NCBI GenBank assembly: GCA_043228905.1 | Contig: JBHGNT010001393.1 | Location: forward strand, 1-9,059 | DNA from: Azolla caroliniana | Taxonomy: Eukaryota > Plantae > Polypodiophyta | Reading direction: 5' to 3' | DNA: 9,059 bases | Shown: positions 1 through 7,384 of the stretch, one piece after another | Numbering within the stretch: position 1 is the first letter of the stretch | Layout: each line of letters begins with the position of its first letter | Notes under the pieces: generated by a model | Told to the model about the DNA's origin: nothing | The model's input: the letters and a program-made list of their open reading frames with translations, nothing else | Databases searched by the model: none | Program-made: the position numbers and the translations under genes

Positions 1-354
1 CCAATCCTCAAATCCTCTCCGCGTTGCCTTGGAGGAGTCCTCGATAGCGAACGTGGTCTTTAGCGCCTCTTCAAACGCTTCCCACGTCGTATTTTGTTGT
101 CGTAGCCCGTGGATACTTGCTTGAAGCCCGTCGGTAGCTACCCGGTTGAAGGATGTCACTTGCAGTCCTTTTGAAATCCCACACCGTATCATTTCCGCCT
201 TGTAGTCCTGAAGATGGCGTGATAAGTCCTTTCTGTTGAATTGCCCGATCCGTTGCACAAGTCGCTCTACTGCCGCCGCTATCTCCGACATCGCACATTG
301 TTCTTGAAGCATCCGCTCAATCATCATATTGTTAGCGTTTGGTTGATTTTCCAT
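1..354 (-). CDS. gag: Ty3/gypsy-like Gag N-terminus, partial (runs off the window)
   Basis: Hand translation from ATG at 354 is open for 118 codons to base 1: MENQPNANNMMIERMLQEQCAMSEIAAAVERLVQRIGQFNRKDLSRHLQDYKAEMIRCGISKGLQVTSFNRVATDGLQASIHGLRQQNTTWEAFEEALKTTFAIEDSSKATRRGFEDW. The TWxxFxxxLKxxF motif is typical of Retrotrans_gag capsids, and the ORF starts just 3' of a PBS. It is missing from the ORF track because there is no stop in the window. Confidence 0.8.
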   Translation of the reverse strand, partial: MENQPNANNMMIERMLQEQCAMSEIAAAVERLVQRIGQFNRKDLSRHLQDYKAEMIRCGISKGLQVTSFNRVATDGLQASIHGLRQQNTTWEAFEEALKTTFAIEDSSKATRRGFEDW

Positions 355-400
355 CTCCTTGCCACCTGTTTTCACGTCGGGTTCACCACTTGTGTCATGC

Positions 401-412
401 CTTTCGGCGCCA
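401..412 (-). other. Primer-binding site of the gypsy-like element
   Basis: The minus strand reads ...CGCAAACA atc TGGCGCCGAAAG: LTR end CA, a 3-nt spacer, then TGGCGCC as in tRNA-Lys/Asp-primed non-chromovirus Ty3/gypsy elements. Confidence 0.7.
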
Positions 413-415
413 GAT

Positions 416-495
416 TGTTTGCGTGAGTCGGGTGGGAACCGTTGGGGTTTGGACTAGGAGAAAGAAGAATATGAGATAATGTTAGTTAGGAAGAG
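416..495 (-). repeat. U5 end of the gypsy-like 5' LTR (left part, split by copia A)
   Basis: Ends in ...AAACA next to the PBS. It is continuous with 6217-6658 once copia A and one TSD copy are removed. Confidence 0.7.
491..495. repeat. Target-site duplication AAGAG (left)
   Basis: Identical AAGAG at 491-495 and 6212-6216 directly flank the TG...CA termini. Confidence 0.95.
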
Positions 496-889
496 TGTAA
501 AAAGTAACGTGTGGAAGCAAGTATGAAGACCGAACAGAAGGAAGAAAACTCAGGTTTAATGGAAAGCTTGAGCTTACGCGGGAGAGAGAGAGAGAGAGAG
601 AGAGAGAGAACACAAGAACTATATTTAACATAAGATCTCGATTCACTACTCTATACATGTGTGTGTTCCATGAACACTTTTATACAAGTCCTCGAAGGAC
701 TGACCGAAGTACTGACCGTACTTCAATGCTCTTTAAGAGCTCCTACATTAACTCCCAAATATATTCCTCACGGAATATCTTTCCTAACGGCCTCCCAGTT
801 TACGCACTCGGCCTAACCGATCGGTCCCAACCGATCCGGTCCTCGGCTTCTTCAGCCAATCCGGCCGATGTTGAGCTTGTCTCTCAACA
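496..889 (-). repeat. 3' LTR of copia A (394 bp)
   Basis: Direct repeat of 5811-6211. On the minus strand TGTTGA...TTTACA. Contains (GA)14 at 582-609. Confidence 0.97.
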
Positions 890-1402
890 CTCCCCCTCAA
901 GCTCAACTCGAGGCTCTTCGGGATCCTCGGGCTCATAGCTCCGGTTCCTCCTGGCTTCACGCCTCGCTCGCGCTCCTCGACCTATTCGACTCCGCGCGAT
1001 TCGACCCTTCCGGTCAGCTTGTCTGCTCATGCGGCCCTTATCAGCTCTTCTACTGTTACGGTGTTGACGCTTCTCCTGCTGCCTTTTCTTCCGCTTGGGC
1101 CTCGGTTGATTCAGCGTATCTGAATCAAACATCTGAACCGACTCGGCTACCTCCAATCGGTTTTCGCTCCCGTCCGAGTTGGCTGTCTCCAACTCGTCTT
1201 CGGTCTTCTCGCCCTTGGTGGCGTCATGTTCCTCATGCGTGGTTGGCTTCGGCTCTCTCCTTCGGCTGCTCCCCTTCTATCCGCTTTCGGACTTTTCTGC
1301 GGGTCCGCCCTCGGCTTCTTCAGCTGATCCGACGTCGAACTCGACAACCGAGTCAACAACCGAGTCAACCGACTCGGTGTCACGGCCTCCGCTCCTTTCC
1401 TG
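884..1402 (-). pseudogene. In-frame acidic-then-basic extension downstream of the RNase H domain (possible Pol C-terminal tail)
   Basis: Same frame as pol, with only TAG at 1403-1405 and 1277-1279 before TGA at 884-886 inside the LTR. Includes the 884..1192 ORF with PRPKRKKR. Confidence 0.45.
890..901 (-). other. Polypurine tract of copia A
   Basis: Minus-strand CTTGAGGGGGAG immediately precedes the 3' LTR TGTTG. Confidence 0.92.
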
Positions 1403-4400
1403 CTACTTTGCTTCGTCGTTCGGGACTATTCTCCCCCTCAAGTTTGGCACGTCGAGGTGACGCAATCCGAGCGCACCGGAGAATTGCCGCAACTTGTCCA
1501 GACCAAGGGGCTTAGTGAAGATGTCGGCAGTCTGTCGATCCGTCGGAACGTACTGAAGTTCGACTTCACCGGAAAGGACACGCTCACGGACGAAATGGTA
1601 GTGCACCTCAATGTGCTTGGTCCGTGCATGGAAAACGGGGTTTTTCGCGAGTTGGATGCTGCTGAGGTTGTCGCAGTAGATCGTCATCGGATCTGACACC
1701 TCCTCTTGCAGGTCCTTAAGTAGCCGCTTCAACCATATGGCTTTGCATGTCGCGATAGCCGCTCCTTGGTACTCAGCTTCGGTGCTCGACAGTGCAACTG
1801 TCGGCTGCTTCTTACTGCTCCACGCGATCGCAGCACTCTCGAGGGAGAACGCGTATCCGGACATGGATCAGCAATCGGCGGCGTTGCCAGCCCAATCAGC
1901 ATCGGTGTAGCCGACTAACTGCGCTGCTACACCGGTCCGATATAGCAGTCCCCGGTCCTTAGTGTCGTTGACATACCGAAGTATGCGTTGCGCACACTGA
2001 AGGTGCTCCTCGGTAGGTCGCGCCATGAACTAACTGATCACTCCGACCGGATAACTGAGGTCGAGTCAGGTGATGGTCAAGTATATGCGGCTTCCGACAA
2101 TTTGTCGGAACCTCATCGGGTCGCATACCGTTCCCGTATCGGGACGAAGCTTGACGGTTCTGTCCAAAGGAGTCGAGACTGACTTACAGTCCGCCATCCC
2201 GAATTTGAAGAGCATACTCAGCACGTAGTGACGTTGGCTGATCAATATGCCTTCGGGGGTACGGATCACTTCGATCCCGAGGAAGTAATGAAGGTCCCCT
2301 AGATCCTTCATGTCGAACGATGCCGCAAGCTGGAGCTTCACGCGGTCGATTTCACGTAGGTCGGCGCCGGTGATGACCAAGTCATCAACATATAGTAAAA
2401 TACTAACCAGTCCGAGTCGACCTTTCTGGATGAACAGGGAAGAGTCCGATTTTGACGTGACAAAGCCCATCCGACGCAGTTGTTGCGCGATCTTCGCGTT
2501 CCAGGCACGCAGGGCTTGCTTCAGTCCGTAAAGGGACTTCTTCAGTCGGCATACTGCCAAGGAGTTCGTTCCAGAGTGAAATCCGGGGGGCTGTACCATG
2601 TACACCTGTTCCTCAAGGTCACCTTGCAGGAACGCATTCTTTACATCCATCTAATGTAAGTGCCACCCCTTCACCGCAACTACTGCGAGCAAAACACGGA
2701 CGGTCGTCATTTTCACGACCGGCGCAAACATCTCATCGTAGTCGATGTCGTGTTTCTGCGCGTAACCCTTTGCCACTAGCTGAGCCTTGTATCGATTGAC
2801 CGAGCCATCGGTGTTGCACTTGACCTTGTACACCAACCTACACCCGATCGGTTTTACCCCTCTTGGTGCATCAACTAGGTCCCAGGTCTCGTTCTCCGCC
2901 AATGTGTGCATCTCTTCCTCCATCGCGGCACGCCAATTTGCGTCTTTAGCCGCTTCTGCGTAGCTCTCTGGCTCACGCACTTCCGCTACACGGGTCATGT
3001 ACACATAATGATGCGCCATGTACTCGTTGTATCCGAACCGCAAAACATGATTCTTCTGGTTGGTAGATCGGCGTAATCTCACATTAGCCGATGTCGAGGC
3101 CTTCTCGGTCGACGCGATCTTCACCTTTAAAGACCCGTCACCGGTTCCCTCGGAGTCGGACTCGCGTTGGTCTAACTCGTTCCTATCCGTGCCGGAATCC
3201 GACACCTTCTTCTTCCCTTTCTCTTTGCGCGTAACCCGTCTCCTCTGCTTCCTGCGCGGGGAATGCACGGCCGAGTCTCCACTACTCGCCGGCTCTTCAT
3301 CGGACTGGTCATACCGACTCAGTCGTCCAATCGATCCACTTAAACGGAGTGAAATCGAACTCTCTTTGCGGGTCTCGATTTCGGGCTCATCCGGAGGCAT
3401 CTCGGCCTCGCTGACCTCATCGTCAGAGCTCGGATTGGATTCGGGGTTCGGAATCGGGGGCTGGTACCAGGACGCGGACTCGTCAAACACAACGTCGCGG
3501 CTAACACGCGCTTGTTTGGTGCGAGGGTTATAGCACTTATAACCCTTCTGCTCGTCCGAGTAACCGACCAAGATGCATTTCTCGGCCTTTGCGTCCAGCT
3601 TCCTTCTTTTCTCCTTCGGTACATGCACATATGCAATGCTACCGAACACCCTCAAGTGTCGCAAGTTTGGCTTCGTTCCGAAATATAGCTCGTGCGCCGA
3701 CACTTTGTCTCCGATCAGGTTCTGAATGTATACCGCGGTCCTTACCGCCTCGGCCCAGTAGAACTTGGGCAAGCTCTTCTCCTCCAACATTGCCCGTGCC
3801 GCTTCCACAACTGACCGATTCTTCCTCTCGGCCACGCCATTCTGCTCTGGCGTGTATCTACAACTGAATTCGCGTTGAATTCCCATTTGTTGTAGATAAC
3901 CGTTGAATTGACCAGAAAAGTACTCTTTCCCGCCATCCAACCGCAGGCACTTGATCTTTCATCCCGTTTCCGTTTCCACGAACCCTTTGAGGTCCCGGAA
4001 ACAGTCGAAGACTTCACTCTTCGCTCTTCCTCTCAATGAGGTAGATCCACATGTGCCGCGTGTGGTCGTCGATGAAGGAGACGAAATATCGGCTCCCGCC
4101 AAGACTAACGTTTTGTGCCGGCCCCCATACATCGGAGTGTATAAGGTCGAGCTTATTCCGGCTCCGGTATTGCTCGTTGGGGAAAGGAAGTCGGTGTTGC
4201 TTCCAGAGCTGGCAGGCTTCACAAATTTGTGCCTTTCGGCCACTAAATTTGGGCAATCCGAACACTACCTGTTTCGATTGCAGATCTTGAAGCCGTTGGT
4301 AGTTGACATGGCCTATCCGCTTGTGCCACAAGTCGATGTCCGACTCGGTTTTTCTTCCCTTCGCAAACATTGCGGTGAAGCCGTCAGTGGAGTCGAGGAT

Positions 4401-5738
4401 GAACATCCTCCCGTCTCTGCGCCCTTGCGCAATCACACGGCCTTCTTGCTCAATGAAGCACCCGAGGTGTGTAAACCGAACCTCCATCCCTTGGTCGACG
4501 ATCTGTCCAACCGAGACCAAGTTCTTCGTGATTGTCGGAACGTGCAACACGTTCATGAGTTTCCCTTTCTGCCCGACATGGCTAATGGGAACTTCTCCGA
4601 CATTCGCGATCGGATGCGAACTATCGTCTCCAGTTGCGACTACTCCAGGTTGTATCGGTTTTTCAAGGTACGAAAACCACTCCTTATGGCTCGTCATGTG
4701 GTTTGACGCGCCGGAGTCTATGTACCACACCTCGTCCGATCTCGGGGTGATCCGTTTCATTGACTTTGCTTGATGTCTCATCACGAAGGCAGACCCTTCT
4801 CTGGCTCTCCCGAAGTCTCCGGCGTAGTGTGATCGCTGCCGATTTCCCTTGTCGGTATGTCCGGAGCCGTTTTCGGAACCGGTTCTCTCCGAATCGGCGC
4901 GCTTCTTCCAGCACTCACTTTCCCTGTGGCCTTTCTTGCCACAGTACCAGCACTCCGTGATGGCCTTCCCTTGCCGGTTCTCATCGCTTCGACTCCCCCT
5001 ATTTCCGGAGGGTCCGGAGTTGCTGTCGGCATCACTTCGGTGCCTTCTTCCTTGATCTCGTCGGCCGCCTCCATTGCGCGCTGACTCGCCTCGTCCTCCA
5101 CGTCCACGGGGCCTATCTCCCTCCGTGTACAACATTCTGTTGTCGGTGTGCGTGCTTGTAGACGCACCTGCGTGGTTCTCCTCTACCAGGAGCATTGACT
5201 GTAAGTCGAAAAAGGACGGCGTATTCTCCCGAGTACACACAGCCATCCGGAACGCTCCGAAATTCGACGCCAAACCTCTGAGACATATCTGGACCATCTT
5301 GCTCTCCTCGATGTTCACCTCTATGGAGGCGAGGGAGTCGCAGATATCCTTGATCTTCGAGGTATAGTCCACCACCGACAAGTCGCGTTGTCGTAGGTTG
5401 CTCAACTCCTGTCGGAGCTGAAGCTTCTTGGCTGTGCTGCTCACGGCGAAGATCTTCTTCAGATTTTCCCACACACCCTTAGGCGTCTTTGCATCCCGAA
5501 CATAGCTCAATAGTTGTTCGCCCACACACGACGCGAAGCAGTATAATACCCTGCTCGCCGATTGCTCCCACGACGGGAAGTTTCCGTGTGTCGATTTGGG
5601 TGCCGTGTCATTAGCTCCTTCGACATAACTCCAATAGCCATGCCCGAGCAGGTACTAGTGCATCTTGTAAGACCAAGATGCGTAGTTGGTTCTGTCGAGC
5701 TTCTCTGTTGGAAGCGATCTCGCCATGCCTCTATCCAT
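1403..5738 (-). pseudogene. gag-pol: Disrupted copia gag-pol polyprotein
   Basis: ATG at 5738 (MDRGMARSLPTEKLDRTNYASWSYKM). Zinc knuckle CWYCGKKGHRESEC at 4911-4952; protease WYIDSGAS (DSG at 4710-4718); integrase WHKRIGH..CEAC, HSDVWG, DGGKEY, NGVAERKN, KGYKCY; RT MDVKNAFLQG and LYVDDL; RNase H DADWAG, SSTEAEY, YCDN, ADIFTK. In-frame stops at 5655, 3959, 2651, 2066, 2030 and 1868, and a frameshift at 4016-4029. Confidence 0.95.
1431..1442 (-). other. Second, upstream PPT copy at the end of RNase H
   Basis: 12/12 identical to 890-901 (CTTGAGGGGGAG). Encodes the LRG of NLRGRI. Confidence 0.75.
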
Positions 5739-5798
5739 CGTTCTTCTTGTTCTTCTTCGTCAAGCTGTGTCAGCTGCAGAGAGGTTCTCAACCCTCGC

Positions 5799-5810
5799 GC
5801 TCTGATACCA
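5799..5810 (-). other. Primer-binding site complementary to tRNA-iMet
   Basis: Minus-strand TGGTATCAGAGC directly follows the 5' LTR CA. This is the canonical plant tRNA-iMet PBS. Confidence 0.95.
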
Positions 5811-6211
5811 TGTAAAAAGTAACGTGCGGAAGCAAGTATGAAGACCGAACAGAAGGAAGAAAACTCAGGTTTAATGGAAAGCTTGAGCTTACGCAGTATA
5901 CGCGGGAGAGAGAGAGAGAGAGAGAGAGAAAACACAAGAACTATATTTAACAAAAGATCTTGATTCACTACTCTATACATGTGTGTGTTCCATGAATACT
6001 TTTATACTAGTCCTCGAAGGACTGACCGAAGTACTGACCGTACTTCAATGCTCTTTAAGAGCTCTTACACTAACTCCCATATATATTCCTCACGGAATAT
6101 CTTTCCTAACGGCCTCCCGGTTTACGCACTCGGCCTAACCGATCGGTCCCAACCGATCCGGTCCTCGGCTTCTTCAGCCGATCCGACCGATGTTGAGCTT
6201 GTCTCTCAACA
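5811..6211 (-). repeat. 5' LTR of copia A (401 bp)
   Basis: Matches 496-889 with about 11-12 substitutions, one 9-bp indel and a GA-repeat length change. Adjacent to the PBS. Confidence 0.97.
5999..6006 (-). promoter_or_regulatory. Putative TATA box of the copia A LTR
   Basis: Minus-strand TATAAAAG, conserved at 677-684, upstream of a (TC)n tract. Confidence 0.55.
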
Positions 6212-6216
6212 AAGAG
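6212..6216. repeat. Target-site duplication AAGAG (right)
   Basis: Matches 491-495. Confidence 0.95.
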
Positions 6217-6658
6217 ATAGTAAGAAGAAGATATGAAACTCGTGAATCCCACGAGTATAATGTATTAATGGGTAATTAGATTGTAAGAGAGAATTAGATG
6301 GTAAAATCGTGAATCCCACGAATATTTTGTAGTAATCAATCCTTCTAAAAAAATCAACTATACATCTTTCTCTCTTCCTTATATAGTGTTGGAAGAGTCT
6401 AAGTTTATCACATGCATGCATCCTGCTTTTCCTAACTTTAGTTTTCATGCACACTGCATGTGCATGATTAGCTTTACTTTAGTATGCTAGTATAGTGGTA
6501 AGGCTAGGGTTTGTCTACCTGGAGGTACAGGGTTCGAATCCTGCCCTATGCATGTAATAACTATTTTTAATATTTTATTTTTATTTATTATACGTACTCT
6601 AAATTAGATATAGTGTTTTACATATTTCACGTAGTGTGTGATTCACACTACGACAACA
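6217..6658 (-). repeat. Remainder (U3-R) of the gypsy-like 5' LTR; reconstructed length about 522 bp
   Basis: Minus-strand start TGTTGTCG at 6658 is a 6/8 inverted match to the end CGCAAACA at 416. TATA-like CTATATAAG at 6378-6386. The partner LTR is outside the window, so the right boundary is inferred. Confidence 0.6.
6481..6568 (+). ncRNA. tRNA-derived (tRNA-Asp-like) Pol III unit or short SINE-like relic; not a functional tRNA
   Basis: A box TAGTATAGTGG at 6488-6498, B box GGTTCGAATCC at 6531-6541, GTC at 6513-6515 near the anticodon position, and TTTTT at 6564-6568. The acceptor stem is not canonical. Confidence 0.6.
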
Positions 6659-6661
6659 CAG

Positions 6662-7384
6662 TGTCGCGTTGCTACGCGCATGCGTGGCGAAGGGCGGGAC
6701 CACGGGGGTCTTGGACTAAGGAGTAGAGGAGAAGGAATCGGACATGGAATGGAAGCTTTGCTCAAGAAGAAGAAGAATGAACAAGAGATTAGATCGAACA
6801 AGAGGAAGATGGAGACAAGATGATCAACAAGATATATTAAAACGAAATGAACGATTACAAAATGGTGGCCGCATAGGCCGCACCAAATGACTACTCGAAA
6901 CCCTAACCGACGAAGATGAAGATAAAGATAAAGAAACCCTAACCCTAATCCTAACGCTCGACCTATGTGGTATACCTCGCACACTCAAAATAGGCAACCC
7001 CCACAATGGTGCCTTCCCTCTCCTTTTATAGCACAAGGAGGGAAGACCGTTTACAAAAGTGAGACTAAAATATTCCCTTTCATTCAAAGGGGATATTTGC
7101 CTTGATTTGGGGGAGGGTGAGATTGATGGCCCCTTAACTCCCACCTCCACACAAACAACTAGGTACCTATGTACCGCATAGTACCTCTCTCTCTCTCTCT
7201 CGCGTGGATGTGCGCACAAGACCACATCACCTTTATACCTTAGGGATCCTATGGGGCATTTCTAGCACCATACACTTTACCCTTATTACTATTACAAATA
7301 CATTATGTACGTGTGCAACGTTGCACATCGCTCTTTGTCTCTCGTTGCTCGGGTTTCCACTTGTGGACGAAAATCTTCACGACA
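6662..7384 (-). repeat. Probable LTR of another retroelement (LTR C, about 723 bp)
   Basis: Termini TGTCGCG...CACGACA (6/7 inverted). Minus-strand CTATAAAAG at 7023-7031. Its U5 end resembles that of the gypsy LTR (6681-6723 vs 420-460). No coding signal and no clean TSD. Confidence 0.5.

Larger units (their letters stand above)
496..6211 (-). mobile_element. Full-length, mutationally inactivated Ty1/copia LTR retrotransposon (copia A)
   Basis: Paired LTRs, 5-bp TSD, PBS, PPT, and Gag-PR-IN-RT-RNase H domain order diagnostic of Ty1/copia. Confidence 0.97.

Noticed and set aside
95-105. TGTTGTCGTAG, the reverse complement of 6648-6658, as possible DNA-transposon TIRs
   Set aside because: It lies inside the uninterrupted gag frame and has no matching TSD, so it is treated as chance.
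657-938. Near-identical small ORFs in both LTRs (also 5979..6236)
   Set aside because: Their similarity simply reflects LTR duplication, and they run out of the LTR into unrelated sequence.
868-1515. 215-aa antisense ORF over the 3' extension
   Set aside because: It has no recognisable domain, its Ser/Arg/Pro/Leu composition fits a shadow of a purine-rich minus strand, and it overlaps the LTR and RNase H. Not excluded, but unsupported.
3060-5367. Long + strand ORFs (3060..3533, 3951..4706, 4303..4773, 5074..5367)
   Set aside because: They are antisense shadows of the GC-rich gag-pol with no independent motifs.
6083-6107. Heat-shock element in the copia LTR
   Set aside because: The TTC and GAA units are 6 and 5 nt apart, out of the 5-bp nGAAn phase.
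6240-6321. CRISPR-like palindromic repeats
   Set aside because: Only two 15-bp copies, a eukaryotic LTR context, and no cas genes.
6481-6555. A functional tRNA gene, or the element's self-encoded primer
   Set aside because: The acceptor and T stems are out of register, and its 3' end (CCTGCCCTATGCA) does not match the PBS sequence CTTTCGGCGCCA.
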